Shown here one piece after another: positions 27,546-37,970 of a DNA stretch of 64,000 bases (positions are counted from its first letter, which is position 1; every line of letters begins with the position of its first letter). The DNA is taken from positions 124,001 through 188,000 of IMG/VR virus record IMGVR_UViG_3300037297_000066; one strand, 5' to 3'. The notes beneath the pieces are model-generated. The model made no database searches and was not told where the DNA came from. It worked only from the letters and a program-made list of their open reading frames with translations. A program made the position numbers and the translations under genes.

Positions 27546-28046
27546 CTATTTTGGTGAGAGAACTTCTTCGTACTCTTTGGCGGTGTTGGTCAGGATGTCG
27601 GCCACCTGGGGATCCAGTCCGAAGCGAGCCGTATTGCCCTTGATGCTCTTGAAGATGTCTCCGTCAGCGTGACGCCTGGTAGCCGCCAGCCAGTCGCAGA
27701 ACATCTCTACCAGATCCACCAAGGTCATGTCACGCACTCCTCGCTCGAAGTGCTCTGGGTGGTGCCGGTTGTTCCGGTAGTGGTGTTTCAAGGCCACTCC
27801 CATCTCCTCCAGCTGCTGCTTGTATTGCTCAGAGCCGTAGGTGGTGGTCTTGAGCTTGGGACCGTACTCGGCAAAGATGTCGAGTTCCTCGGGAGAGAGC
27901 TTGCTACGGTCGTGTTCTTCTCCTCGCATGAGTAGCTCTGAAGCCAGGATTCGGAGCAACCGACGGACCTCCTCGATATGCTCTAACGTACTCACACGAC
28001 ACTGCAGTTGTTCAACGGTTTCCATCTGATCTACATTCTCCCTCAA
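27546..28046 (-). CDS. DUF5662-like HD-type phosphohydrolase
   Basis: H...V....HDRSK...E....HHY..NRHHPEHF..G..DM.LVDLVEM.CDW. Confidence 0.8.
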   Translation of the reverse strand: MRENVDQMETVEQLQCRVSTLEHIEEVRRLLRILASELLMRGEEHDRSKLSPEELDIFAEYGPKLKTTTYGSEQYKQQLEEMGVALKHHYRNNRHHPEHFERGVRDMTLVDLVEMFCDWLAATRRHADGDIFKSIKGNTARFGLDPQVADILTNTAKEYEEVLSPK

Positions 28047-28447
28047 TCAAACCTGCGAGGGTTGACCCACACAGGCTCTGCCTCTGGAGCCAAAGGGTCC
28101 TTCCGAACCGCTCGGACAGAGTCTACTCCAAACGTGTCCGGGAGCGTAGCCCTCTTGGCTCGATGCAGGTTTGGGGGCCCCCATCGGGCATAGGCTTCGC
28201 TCAGGAAGTCGTAAGCCATCCCCATCAAGGCCAGAGGCACATGGTTCATGGGTCTCCACTGGTATTCACCCCCCGGGTAGCTCATCTGGATGAGGAAAAC
28301 ACACGTCTCAGGGGATATGAAAGGCCCTACCTTCGTAGTCTGGGTACGAGTTGCCAGAAAACGGTACTGGGGTATCCCGTTCTCGTCTTCGATGACACGT
28401 TCCAACCGTCCCTCCCCCCACACCGGGGGCCTGAAAGAGTACGCCAT
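28043..28447 (-). CDS. Fam-A paralog (N-domain only)
   Basis: PQYRF..VPLALM..TFGVDSV. Confidence 0.6.
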   Translation of the reverse strand: MAYSFRPPVWGEGRLERVIEDENGIPQYRFLATRTQTTKVGPFISPETCVFLIQMSYPGGEYQWRPMNHVPLALMGMAYDFLSEAYARWGPPNLHRAKRATLPDTFGVDSVRAVRKDPLAPEAEPVWVNPRRFD

Positions 28448-28457
28448 AGCCAGTGAT

Positions 28458-28862
28458 TCAAGGATTGTTGACAGAGGACAAGATCAAGGCCGTAGCTTCT
28501 CGAAGCACATCTCTAGCTGCTTGCTCAGGATCCTGCCCCGAGTAGGTCACAGACCCTTCTTCGAAAGGTCCTGTCAGATCCGCTTGCTCCCACTCTTCCC
28601 AGAGGCACAACATCTGGGCCTGCAGACGCCACAACCTCTTCAAAATCTCCAAAGGCGTCACACACACAGAATGCCAAGCACTACTGCCTTCCACATCAGA
28701 AAAACCGACTGTGACCGTGTAACGGTCAGCTCCCGTACGACGATCCCAGATGGTTTCGTTTCTCGAAACGGTCAGTTTGTAGCGAGGCCACCCCCCATCC
28801 TTGGAGTAGATCTCGACTCCCTTATCAGGCTCGAACTGTGCTTCCAGTAGAACCCACGCCAT
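28458..28862 (-). CDS. Fam-A paralog (N-domain)
   Basis: MAWVLL..KDGGWPRY..PLEIL..GPFEEGSV. Confidence 0.75.
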   Translation of the reverse strand: MAWVLLEAQFEPDKGVEIYSKDGGWPRYKLTVSRNETIWDRRTGADRYTVTVGFSDVEGSSAWHSVCVTPLEILKRLWRLQAQMLCLWEEWEQADLTGPFEEGSVTYSGQDPEQAARDVLREATALILSSVNNP

Positions 28863-29161
28863 CAGTACCAAGTTCCCCTTTCGGACACCTGACAGATGCT
28901 ACCCTCTCCGAAAAACCTGGAGACAGGTTTGATGGTCTTTGAGGATCCCCACTTGGCCTGGGCTATAGACATCAGCTCCCAAAACCGATCAACCATAGCG
29001 TAGCGTATCACTGAGGATTCCCCTATGGCTAAGGTCAGGCTGTAGGAGTCTTCATCTGGCTCAAACTCGATGCTGGATACTAGAGGATCGACCCCTTCCC
29101 ATTGCAGGAGGGCGCAGACCTTGGAGTCGTCAACCCAGGAGCTAATCTCCGCCCAAGGCAT
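28862..29161 (-). CDS. probable Fam-A paralog (N-domain only)
   Basis: MPW...FWELM..AQ..FFGEGSI. Confidence 0.5.
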   Translation of the reverse strand: MPWAEISSWVDDSKVCALLQWEGVDPLVSSIEFEPDEDSYSLTLAIGESSVIRYAMVDRFWELMSIAQAKWGSSKTIKPVSRFFGEGSICQVSERGTWY

Positions 29162-29597
29162 TCTCTTCTTCCTCTCGCAACCTTTCGAGAAAGGCTTCAT
29201 CTCGACGCTGATCTTCTTGCCTGAGCAATTGCCGCATGGTGAGAAAGTCGTCCCGTCGGATGAAGTTGTTGGCCATCTCAGCGACCAGGGGCCCGATGCT
29301 AGAGCCCTTCACGCTCTCTGGGTTGAAGGTGTTGGGCAACAAGGCTGAGGGCAGCCCGTCTGTCAGACCTTCGGCCTGACTCAGCAACTCCCACAGGAAA
29401 TGGCTCAAGGGCCAAGGTAGGAGGCATTCTTGGCGACCCTCTCCTGGCCTATCCGTGAAGAACGTGACGATCAGGTTGTACCCCTCTTCTTGCAGTCTGA
29501 CGTTCAAAACGACTCGACGTTCCGGCATCTCCTCCAGTTGGTAGGTGATACTGATCCCTGTGTCTCTGTGGCTTTTTGAAAGGATGCTCCAGGTCAT
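29142..29597 (-). CDS. Fam-A paralog (N-domain)
   Basis: MTW..LPWPL..FLWELL..TFNPESV. Confidence 0.6.
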   Translation of the reverse strand: MTWSILSKSHRDTGISITYQLEEMPERRVVLNVRLQEEGYNLIVTFFTDRPGEGRQECLLPWPLSHFLWELLSQAEGLTDGLPSALLPNTFNPESVKGSSIGPLVAEMANNFIRRDDFLTMRQLLRQEDQRRDEAFLERLREEEENALGGD

Positions 29598-29636
29598 AGT
29601 GGATCTAACCCTTCCAACCGACCTTGAAGATTCGAG

Positions 29637-29886
<250 letters not shown>

Positions 29887-29903
<17 letters not shown>

Positions 29904-30264
29904 TCCGCTGTTGAAGGTCAGGGGTCTTGGGTTCCAGCGCTTCCTTCACAAGGGGGAACCTTTCACCCACCATCACGTGCTCCAGATTCATGAAATGGGC
30001 CCCCACGAGCTCCTGAACCCAGAGACCGGTTGCCAAGATGGGCCCCAGCAACTCAGAAGGCCATCCTGTACGGTTTACAGCCCTTGCATGCTCGTACAGC
30101 TGGCCAAAAATGGACATCTCCCATTCCTGGGACTCCTGGGAAACACGAGAAAACTGGATGGTCCAGCGGGGCCAGCTCTTCTCTCCTTGGGCGTACACAC
30201 GGTTGGCAGAACACACCTGCTCACCGGGGTCCAACACGTTCTGGTCGAGCATCACCCAGGTCAT
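29887..30264 (-). CDS. Fam-A paralog (N-domain only)
   Basis: MTWV..SWPRW..WPSELLGPIL. Confidence 0.7.
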
Positions 30265-30917
30265 CTGCGCCGCTCCCTCAAGACTTCCAAGATGGTATCA
30301 GTCAAGTTCTCTCCCAACAACTCAGGATCCCATACCTGCAGCCCCGTCCACGGATTACGCTCACGCTCCAAAGCATCTCTAAAATGCCTTTCTGAAGGCG
30401 TCAAGTAAGACATGGTGCCCAACGTTGCAGAGATGTAGAGATTCTCTAACCACCTCGCAGAAAAGGGTGGGATCATGTCCCCTCTCTCGTCATAGTAGCA
30501 GCCAAGGGAAAGGCGCGTCTCTAGAGAATTCACGACCCGTTGCCGCAGCTGCTCTTGGTCATAGACCCTTGTGAGAACAGGAGGTTCTGATATCTCCCCC
30601 CACACCCCTACCGGAACTTGGCGAGAGAGATGCTCTGGCAACTCAAAACCGGCTCGGGCCTCAATCAAGGCCCGTATCAGGTAAGGCAGCAACCCCTCGG
30701 GCACCTGGCAAGGCTGGTAGTTACTCTGAAAGAGAGGCAAAGTGCTGACGTGCAGAGCCTTTTGTACGAACCAAACCAGCTTGTTGTCTGAGAGCTCGAT
30801 CTTGATCCAGTAGACGTTCGTACACACCCCGTACTGATGCTCATGAACCAAGACAGAGTAGGCCCATTGATCCTTGGTGAATCCAGGGCTTTGGACCTCG
30901 TACTGGTAAGTGGTCAC
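30261..30917 (-). CDS. Fam-A paralog (N+C domains)
   Basis: PEGLLPYL..LGCYY..W..Y..LTPSERHFR..LTDTILEVL. Confidence 0.8.
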   Translation of the reverse strand: MTTYQYEVQSPGFTKDQWAYSVLVHEHQYGVCTNVYWIKIELSDNKLVWFVQKALHVSTLPLFQSNYQPCQVPEGLLPYLIRALIEARAGFELPEHLSRQVPVGVWGEISEPPVLTRVYDQEQLRQRVVNSLETRLSLGCYYDERGDMIPPFSARWLENLYISATLGTMSYLTPSERHFRDALERERNPWTGLQVWDPELLGENLTDTILEVLRERRR

Positions 30918-30925
30918 AGGATCCT

Positions 30926-31549
30926 CTAAACCCGTTGCTGGTCAGTCGAGATCGAAAACCCCGCGGCCTGCAAAACCGTGCCAATTGCTATGAACACAGA
31001 CGATACAGGACGGTCAGATACTTCTGGCATGTTCCAGAACTGCTGCTCGGCTTCGGTGAGCCTGTGTTGGGCTATTCGATGCACAAGGACGTAGGTATCC
31101 CAACGCCACTCAGAGTCCCCCGGACTCAAGGGAAAGCTCAAACGCTCGTCATCTCTCCAATAGGTTCCCAAGGAAATCCCAGACTCGTACGCTTCTCGAA
31201 CCACCTCCAACAGGCTCTGCTGCTCGTCCTCGCCGTAGATTTCAACAGAGAAGCCAGGCCCCTTCACGGAACTCTCCTCTGCGAACACTCCCTGAGGACT
31301 GGTTGCTCGAATAGTCTTGGCCTTAGCGAGCAGCTGCAAGATCTCAATTGCCAGAAGAGCGGGCCACTCAGCTAAAGGCTTGCGAGAATTTTCGTCAACG
31401 TGTTCCCAAATCGTCGCCTGTAGCTTCCCGTCAACGGGCCCCATGACGAGGGTATACCGAGGCCACGGCTCCCCATCCCAACACACCGTTCGATACTGGT
31501 GATCGAGGTGACGCACGGACAGTACTGGGGGGCACTCAACCCAACCCAT
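30926..31549 (-). CDS. Fam-A paralog (N+C)
   Basis: MGW..WPRY..WPALL..VFAEESSV..LGTYW..PGDSEW..LTEAE. Confidence 0.8.
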   Translation of the reverse strand: MGWVECPPVLSVRHLDHQYRTVCWDGEPWPRYTLVMGPVDGKLQATIWEHVDENSRKPLAEWPALLAIEILQLLAKAKTIRATSPQGVFAEESSVKGPGFSVEIYGEDEQQSLLEVVREAYESGISLGTYWRDDERLSFPLSPGDSEWRWDTYVLVHRIAQHRLTEAEQQFWNMPEVSDRPVSSVFIAIGTVLQAAGFSISTDQQRV

Positions 31550-31862
31550 TGCGTAGCTCCGTAGGGGTTGCGAACTGAAAGTCTGTGAGAACCCATCGAC
31601 TCTTAGCCACCAGTACTAAGGACCATATTTTCTCTAGCAAAGAAGCCGGCCACTCGTAAGTATCATCCCACCCCATGGGTTCGTTAGCCTTCCACCAAAT
31701 ACGCACCACCAGAACATCCCCCAAGACCGGAACAGGGTTGCTTGAACGAGTCTGGTACAAGACTCCAACCTCCAGAAGAAAGTACGGGTAGCCTCCTTCC
31801 CACCGGTACTCCCGTCTCACGACCAGGTCGTCGTAATGCTCGTTTGACAAGACCCATGTCAT
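31536..31862 (-). CDS. Fam-A paralog (N-domain only)
   Basis: MTWV..GGYPYF..WPASLL. Confidence 0.7.
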   Translation of the reverse strand: MTWVLSNEHYDDLVVRREYRWEGGYPYFLLEVGVLYQTRSSNPVPVLGDVLVVRIWWKANEPMGWDDTYEWPASLLEKIWSLVLVAKSRWVLTDFQFATPTELRNGLG

Positions 31863-32443
31863 GACAGAGCCCGCTGCTTTCTGAGCACTCGCAGAATGGC
31901 CGCCGTGACCAGCTCCGAGGAAGTCCTCCCCGAAGGGTCTGGGAACTCTTGATACCCCATAGCTATCCCACTACGCCAACTTTGCTCATATATCGTCATG
32001 AGGTAAATCGGGTCAGACATCGAGCCCATTCGTCGAGAGGTAAGGTAGTTCTCTTCCGTCCAATCGGGGTCGGTGGGCAATACCAGCCTACTACCTGTCC
32101 CCTCCACGACCTCATAAGCTCCTAAGGGACGCCCCCTGGAGATCGCCCTTTCCACGGCCTTTTCGACCCTGTCTTGCTTAACCGAACCCTCCTTAAAAGC
32201 ACCGTCTAGGTGAGCTTTTTCAGCCTTGATGAGCAATCGGGCTAGGTCTTTCCTCAACTCAACCGGAAAAGAATCCGTCCGGTGGTAGTCCGGATCCGGA
32301 GCCTGCTTTCGGAATACCTGAACCGTCACCCGATCACCTACCTCAAAGATGCAGAAGTTGTACTCTTCGTCATCCTGACGGTAGACAAGGGAGTACCCTC
32401 GGGTTTCTTCCTGAGTCACCGAACGCACGAGCTCCCAAGGCAT
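31859..32443 (-). CDS. Fam-A paralog (N+C)
   Basis: MPW..FPVEL..FKEGSV..LGAY..DPDWTEENY..VTAAILRVL. Confidence 0.85.
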   Translation of the reverse strand: MPWELVRSVTQEETRGYSLVYRQDDEEYNFCIFEVGDRVTVQVFRKQAPDPDYHRTDSFPVELRKDLARLLIKAEKAHLDGAFKEGSVKQDRVEKAVERAISRGRPLGAYEVVEGTGSRLVLPTDPDWTEENYLTSRRMGSMSDPIYLMTIYEQSWRSGIAMGYQEFPDPSGRTSSELVTAAILRVLRKQRALS

Positions 32444-32448
32444 GAGAG

Positions 32449-32829
32449 TCAGTCCCGGTTCAGCAAGTCCGCTAACTGTTGAGCTCTGCCTAGATCATTC
32501 ACCAAGCCTCTCATGTACCTGAAGTGGCCCTGAGCAGCTTTGTTCAAGGCCGCCTTCCAGGTTCGGATGGGCTTCGAATAACGTCCTCTCCCCACTTCGG
32601 CAAGCCATGTCCTAGGACAAGCCTTCAAGCCCTTCACCAAGGAATCGTGAGACAGGACAGAAACCGCCCCAATGCTGAAGCCCCCTGGTAACCTGCCTTT
32701 GGGTCGATACCTAAGGTGCCCGTCAAACTGAGAGAACCAGAGCGTGAACCCTCTCCACTGAACCCACTCGGGATACTTTTCCCCGGTTTGCTTGACAGTG
32801 ATTTGCTTAGGCTGAGCTGGTTTCTTCAT
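32449..32829 (-). CDS. Fam-B ('WRG') paralog
   Basis: QWRGF..WLAEVG..AALNKA..H; GGAGG RBS. Confidence 0.65.
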   Translation of the reverse strand: MKKPAQPKQITVKQTGEKYPEWVQWRGFTLWFSQFDGHLRYRPKGRLPGGFSIGAVSVLSHDSLVKGLKACPRTWLAEVGRGRYSKPIRTWKAALNKAAQGHFRYMRGLVNDLGRAQQLADLLNRD

Positions 32830-32895
32830 GAGGGCCTCCACCGGAATTCGGGCACAAGACACCCTACTATACACCAATCGAGCAGGTTCTAGGGC

Positions 32896-33285
32896 CTACT
32901 CCTTTCGAGGAACCCAGTACTGGCGCACCCCCGCTATCACCAAGGTAGAGAGGATGTCTCCAAAGAACTCCAGCGGCCGTGTCCGAAATGCCTTTTGCCT
33001 AACTTCGTCTTCCTTCGCAGCTCGCCAGACTACCTCTTCTACAGTCAGCAAATGCTCATGTCTAGCATGACTCTTGTACTCAAGAATTCCCCACAACCCC
33101 TCTACAAAACAAGGAGGGACTGTCAACCCTTCCTTCATGTAGGTACCGATTTGGGATCCTCCCTCCCACAACCCAATGAGCTCGAAGAGGATGCTGTCGT
33201 AAAACTCCCCCAACGAAAGGAAACCCTCTTTGACAGAGCCTTCCCCAAACACTCCTGAAGGACAGACTATCTTTGATGCGCCCAT
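32896..33285 (-). CDS. Fam-A paralog, N-terminally truncated
   Basis: Starts at the linker GVFGEGSV..IGTY..W..Y..LLTVEE. Confidence 0.55.
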   Translation of the reverse strand: MGASKIVCPSGVFGEGSVKEGFLSLGEFYDSILFELIGLWEGGSQIGTYMKEGLTVPPCFVEGLWGILEYKSHARHEHLLTVEEVVWRAAKEDEVRQKAFRTRPLEFFGDILSTLVIAGVRQYWVPRKE

Positions 33286-33839
33286 GACGATGCCTCGTAC
33301 CTGCCTTCCTCTACGTAAGCTCGGATAACGTCGGTGATCTCTTGCTGACTGAAGTCCCATCCCCACTGGCTCCGAAACTCCCGTTCGAACTCCGAAGTAC
33401 GAAGCGGGTGGCTCTCCGCCAAATGGGCGTACTCAGAACCAATCCAATGAGGATCCGTACCAACAACCCACCCCTGGCCAGAGAGGTACGCCCCTAGTTC
33501 TTCCCCCTCATCCTGGAAGTGCTCCCTCACAGCCTTGACCAAGGCTTTCAAACGCTCGAACTCAAACACCGAAAGACTGAAGGGGCTTTCAAAGCTAGCC
33601 CTACTCACCGTTCGGCTAAGTCTCAGAATGTGTGCTGCCAACTCAACAGGCCAGGGACATAGCCGACGACTAGCAGGACTCCCCTCCTTCGTGCGAAACA
33701 CAGCGATTTCCTCACCCCCATCATTTTCCACCACTTCGATGGTGTAGGTGATAGAGAGATCATCTCCTTGAAGAGACAGATACCGAGCATTCTCCCGAAT
33801 GGAAACGGTAGGAGGGGTGTTGACTTCGACCCATCTCAC
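33267..33839 (-). CDS. Fam-A paralog (N+C)
   Basis: (M)RWVE..WPVEL..LGAY..DPHW..EY..EFR..QEITDVI; GTGA overlap. Confidence 0.85.
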   Translation of the reverse strand: MRWVEVNTPPTVSIRENARYLSLQGDDLSITYTIEVVENDGGEEIAVFRTKEGSPASRRLCPWPVELAAHILRLSRTVSRASFESPFSLSVFEFERLKALVKAVREHFQDEGEELGAYLSGQGWVVGTDPHWIGSEYAHLAESHPLRTSEFEREFRSQWGWDFSQQEITDVIRAYVEEGRYEASSWAHQR

Positions 33840-34423
33840 CGCCGCACCTCTCGTCGAATCCATTGGATGATGGTCTGCGTGATAGTGTTTTGAGAGTGCC
33901 GGCGGCCCCACATGATTCGAAGACGGATCTCGTCGGGACTTGCCAGCTGAGGGTCATCCTGAAGCATATTCAGGTAGCGATCTTCATCCCATTCATTCTC
34001 CTCTGGTCCAACAAGCTCTCCAGCAGCACGCATGTAGCCTAACTGTCTCCCGTTTTCAAACCAAGAAGCTACCAACTGTTCCAGGTCCTCTTGGGAGTTG
34101 TCCAGAGACCCCCACACCGACAACCTGTCAAAACAACCAGCTGGAACCCTGGTCTTGACGGACCCTGGAGCCACGAAAGGAAGCCCTGCCACCCTACACA
34201 CCTCGGGCAACAAGCTGAGGGGCCAAGACCCGTAGCTAATCTCTCCCGAGTCATGGTAGTTGAAGACAGCGACCTTGGGGCCTTCTTCCTTCTCAGGAGG
34301 CCGGAGAACCTCCACCACGTAGCAAGGACCCTTCCCTTCCCAAGAGAAGGTGTGCACCTCCTGAGGAGGGTTCGCTGGAAAGAAGGGCAGTCCTTCGGGG
34401 TTGGACACCTTGACCCAGGCCAT
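33836..34423 (-). CDS. Fam-A paralog (N+C)
   Basis: MAWV..WPLSLLPEV..LGY..WDEDRY..EIRLR..ITQTII. Confidence 0.85.
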   Translation of the reverse strand: MAWVKVSNPEGLPFFPANPPQEVHTFSWEGKGPCYVVEVLRPPEKEEGPKVAVFNYHDSGEISYGSWPLSLLPEVCRVAGLPFVAPGSVKTRVPAGCFDRLSVWGSLDNSQEDLEQLVASWFENGRQLGYMRAAGELVGPEENEWDEDRYLNMLQDDPQLASPDEIRLRIMWGRRHSQNTITQTIIQWIRREVRR

Positions 34424-35007
34424 TATCGGGATCCCAACCCTCGCAAGTGATTCTCTACCATCTGGGTGATCCAGACCTGTTGCTCCCCAGTTCTCGCCCC
34501 AGAAGCAAAGCGGAAAGTCTGTTCTCCTGGAGACAACTCCTCCGGAGTATGCCTCAAGACCATCAAATAGCCCTGCCAAGACCAGCTAACGCCACCAGGA
34601 ACGAAAAACGTAGGGTCATTTCCTTGGATATTCCTGAAGGAGCCGAAACGAATACCTTCCCCTACCGCTTGCATGAAGTCTACGTACAGTGACTCTCTTT
34701 CTTCTTCTTCAGGATCCTGAACAACCACCTCATCGAAAGGCCCCGGAGGGAGACCCATCTTCCCTTCTTCTCCAACCAGCTGGTGGTAACGTCCTAGAGC
34801 TTCCAAGACCGTGGGTACGATGGAAAGAGGCCAGTGCCTGAACGGTATGCGCCCAGGAAGGGAGACCGCAACCGTGACAGGTTCCTCATCCGAAGCAGGC
34901 TCTTTTACTCCGATACGAACCTCGTACTCGCAGCTCTCAGTGTCGTCTTCGCAAATCTCGAAGAGCCAATCGTCCACTTCCAACTGGTATTCCTTCAAGA
35001 TCCTCAT
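34423..35007 (-). CDS. Fam-A paralog (N+C)
   Basis: YEVRI..WPLSIVP.VLEAL..GPFDE..FGSF..W..Y..LSPGEQTFR..ITQMV. Confidence 0.85.
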   Translation of the reverse strand: MRILKEYQLEVDDWLFEICEDDTESCEYEVRIGVKEPASDEEPVTVAVSLPGRIPFRHWPLSIVPTVLEALGRYHQLVGEEGKMGLPPGPFDEVVVQDPEEEERESLYVDFMQAVGEGIRFGSFRNIQGNDPTFFVPGGVSWSWQGYLMVLRHTPEELSPGEQTFRFASGARTGEQQVWITQMVENHLRGLGSR

Positions 35008-35711
35008 ACCTGCCTCGGGTGAGTTGGGTAAGTCCCCTCCGACTCTCGGTCCCGGACCACCCGCAATACAGCATGGGTGATTTGCCTATCATTGAACCAG
35101 GGCTGACACCTACGTCGGAACTCCACATCCGAAGGAGCCAAGGTGTAGCCAGGAGCCTCGCCTTCACCAGGTGGTTGTCCAAGTGCCCAGTAGATATCCG
35201 GGTCCCAACGCCCATCCCCTGGAAGGAAAGACCGGTTCTCTGAGAAGTACCTTCCTATCCGCAATCCAAGACCCTGATCTAGGTCCTCTCTCACCCGGTT
35301 GCGCAATGCTTCAAGAGTTGGACGAGTGAGCTGCCAAAAAGGAGCCGGGTCAGAAGACTCATTGGTAGAAGCAGTCCCCCTCAAAAACCCAGGAGGACCC
35401 CACCGAACCTCGTGAGGGTCCACCACAGAGTCATCAGGAAAGTTGCTCAACTTTGCAGGTCGAACGAATATAGAAGACTGGAACCGGCTCAAAGCCTCCA
35501 TGATGAAGGGAGCCAGCTCCAAAGGTAGTGCAAACAGGATCTCCTGGGCCCCGTCCACCTTGGTCTCGTAGACCTGCAGGTGGGCCCTACGGTAAGCCTG
35601 CGTATGCCTGATGCAGATCTCGTAATACGGAGGAACCCCCTGCTCCTCTCCTACCCGAACCACAAAACAGTTGGGATCTGTATCCGTGTAATGAAGAAGC
35701 CTCAGAGGCAT
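35004..35711 (-). CDS. Fam-A paralog (N+C)
   Basis: YYEI..PLELAPFIMEAL..IGRY..PGDGRWDPDIY..EFR..ITHAVLRVV. Confidence 0.85.
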   Translation of the reverse strand: MPLRLLHYTDTDPNCFVVRVGEEQGVPPYYEICIRHTQAYRRAHLQVYETKVDGAQEILFALPLELAPFIMEALSRFQSSIFVRPAKLSNFPDDSVVDPHEVRWGPPGFLRGTASTNESSDPAPFWQLTRPTLEALRNRVREDLDQGLGLRIGRYFSENRSFLPGDGRWDPDIYWALGQPPGEGEAPGYTLAPSDVEFRRRCQPWFNDRQITHAVLRVVRDRESEGTYPTHPRQV

Positions 35712-35819
35712 ACCAACACAACTATACACCAGTCACTAGACCCCCCACTTAATCGAGCCGTCCTCAAAGACTCCCACCGGACGAATGACCGAATCCTTTG
35801 CGAGCCTTTCGTAGGCCAT

Positions 35820-36398
35820 CTACCGAAACCCCCTCTGGAACCTTCTCAAACCCTCTGTGATGGCATCGGTAATCTCCCCCCAAACGAACCCGGCTCCCTC
35901 TTGCTCTGTGCGGAAAGCGTACTCGGCGCTACACAAAGATCCTCTGGTGAAGCGCGCTCTTCCCACATAGTTCTCCACTTCCCACTCTGTGTTTTGCGGT
36001 GTGATCAATCGGCGGGCCGGTGGTTCAACAGACAAATCAACGTAGTAGGATCCTAAAGGGACTCCTCGCTCAAGCTCCCGAAACACCCGATCCACCAAGC
36101 CTGCAAAAGGATTTTGCTCCTCCATCCAATCCTTGACGGAACCCTCTCGAAAGGGACTCTCTATCGTTTCTTGCTTGCACAAAGCCAGAGCTTTCAAGAT
36201 GGCAGGTAGAAGCTCTAAGGGCACCCCCGCAGGATCTAGATAAGCCCTTTCGGATTCCTGTTCTTCGTAAACCTTGTAGCGACCGGCCTCTTTCGTGACT
36301 AGCACAAGAAACCGAGGGAACTTCTGATTTTCCTTCTGCAACCTGAACCCGAAGACTCGGTCAGAAGTCTCGTAAGGAATAGTCTGCCACTCAGCCAT
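35820..36398 (-). CDS. Fam-A paralog (N+C)
   Basis: PLELLPAILKAL..PFREGSV..LGSYY..WEVENY..AEYAFR..EITDAI. Confidence 0.85.
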   Translation of the reverse strand: MAEWQTIPYETSDRVFGFRLQKENQKFPRFLVLVTKEAGRYKVYEEQESERAYLDPAGVPLELLPAILKALALCKQETIESPFREGSVKDWMEEQNPFAGLVDRVFRELERGVPLGSYYVDLSVEPPARRLITPQNTEWEVENYVGRARFTRGSLCSAEYAFRTEQEGAGFVWGEITDAITEGLRRFQRGFR

Positions 36399-36996
36399 TA
36401 CGCCATTCCTGAACGGCTCGTTCTGCCGCCTGCCTGTTGACCCAGGCTCGGCCTCGAATGCGAGCCTCTTCAAGGTCTCTCAGGACAGTCTGAATGGCCT
36501 GCGTGATCTCGTACCTTCCAAAATAGTCGGCCTCTGCCGAACGAAAAGAGCGCTCTTCTAAGCTCAATCTGGCAGGAGTCAAGGTGGCCTGAACGTACTC
36601 CTCAGATCGCCACCGGGAGTCCAACACCCCGATCATGGTTCGAAGATCCAAGTCATAGTAGCTACCGAGATCTCCTCCCATTCGAAGACTACCCCGAATA
36701 CGATCCAACAGGTCTTCTTCTGGGTTCCCCTCCATAGGGTCCCAGACACTGTCTTTGTCAAAGACGCTCCTGTATTGCGGACGGTGATCCAGCAGTGCCT
36801 TGCCTTTCATGACAAAGGGCAGTAGGTCCGTAGGTAAGTATTGGAAGGTTTGCCAGAACTGGTCAGCTGACGTCCGATAAGAAGCTCTGACGTCCCCCTC
36901 AATGAAGGCAATCTGGTAACAAGGGAAACGGTCCTTCCCTTCCGCTACCTCCACAATGAACTCGGGAGACCTGTCCAGAACTTCAACGATCTTCAC
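36391..36996 (-). CDS. Fam-A paralog (N+C)
   Basis: PTDLLPFV..VFDKDSV..LGSYY..DSRW..EEY..EERSFR..EITQAI. Confidence 0.85.
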   Translation of the reverse strand: MKIVEVLDRSPEFIVEVAEGKDRFPCYQIAFIEGDVRASYRTSADQFWQTFQYLPTDLLPFVMKGKALLDHRPQYRSVFDKDSVWDPMEGNPEEDLLDRIRGSLRMGGDLGSYYDLDLRTMIGVLDSRWRSEEYVQATLTPARLSLEERSFRSAEADYFGRYEITQAIQTVLRDLEEARIRGRAWVNRQAAERAVQEWRNG

Positions 36997-37496
36997 AGAA
37001 CCTCCTCAGCACGATGATGCCTATCTGCCACAGCCTGAGTCAGCAGCTCTCGCTGGTCTCCGCTCAAGGTGTCTCGAAGGACAGCCTCCTCCAACCTGAT
37101 GAAAGGACGTCCATGAAAGAGCGCCTGTCGATACCCCGCTAGGTTCCAGTTAGCATCTGTGGGCCCTCGCCATCCACTGTCGCTGTCCCGATACTCCCCC
37201 ACCCTTCCCTCTTGCAGCATCTGGTAGATCTCAGAAGCTATGCGTGAAGCATCAGGAGCCGTCACAGAGCCTTCCTCGAAGTTCGTAGGAATGACGCATG
37301 CGTCGGACCGCAAACTCACCCCTTCCAGGATCAAAGGGAGAAGATCCCTGGAAAAAGCAGCTTTCAACGAATCGTTGGGAAACCTACGAATTTCAACACA
37401 ATCATCGAAAACGTAGAGATTGCAGACGGGGCGCCCTCTTTTTTCCACGAGCACCCGCACGCAATCAGCCAGTTTCTCTGTCTTCCGGATCCGCAT
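36993..37496 (-). CDS. Fam-A paralog (N+C)
   Basis: LLPLILE..FEEGSV..VGEY..PTDANW..GY..LTQAV. Confidence 0.85.
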   Translation of the reverse strand: MRIRKTEKLADCVRVLVEKRGRPVCNLYVFDDCVEIRRFPNDSLKAAFSRDLLPLILEGVSLRSDACVIPTNFEEGSVTAPDASRIASEIYQMLQEGRVGEYRDSDSGWRGPTDANWNLAGYRQALFHGRPFIRLEEAVLRDTLSGDQRELLTQAVADRHHRAEEVL

Positions 37497-37500
37497 GGTT

Positions 37501-37728
37501 CTAGTGCAGATTGGGGTTCTTCAAAGAGCCCTGCTTGGGGTGGCATTGACTACCCCCAGGTAGCAACTCCTGATCTGGCCATTCGCTGATCACAGCGACA
37601 GGATCGTTACAGTGGTTGCAGATGACCACTAACTCCTGGTTCTCGTTGATGCCAAGCGAGAAGTTGCTCTTCTCACACGTCTTGCAACTCACGAAAAGGT
37701 GAGGAGCTTTGATTATTTTCACTGACAC
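37501..37728 (-). CDS. small Zn-ribbon protein
   Basis: CKTC...CNHC. Confidence 0.55.
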   Translation of the reverse strand: MSVKIIKAPHLFVSCKTCEKSNFSLGINENQELVVICNHCNDPVAVISEWPDQELLPGGSQCHPKQGSLKNPNLH

Positions 37729-37970
37729 GTAGCACCTTCTTTGGCTAGCTTTCTACCCATGCAGTAGTCTGCCTCTGAGGCACACGGCTGCAAGACCTTG
37801 AATGGGAAGGGCCTCCCTGTGGCTCGTGCGTAGATCTTAACGCAATCGGAACACCAGGAATCGGGATAGAAGACAGGTTCCCCTACCCACCGACCCCCTT
37901 CCCCTAAGCCTTGAACACCACAGAAGGTAGTGCCTTGAGGACTCGTCAACAGATGGTAGATCTGACTCAT
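37719..37970 (-). CDS. small Cys-containing protein
   Basis: H..T.CG...CSDC; TAATG coupling. Confidence 0.55.
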   Translation of the reverse strand: MSQIYHLLTSPQGTTFCGVQGLGEGGRWVGEPVFYPDSWCSDCVKIYARATGRPFPFKVLQPCASEADYCMGRKLAKEGATCQ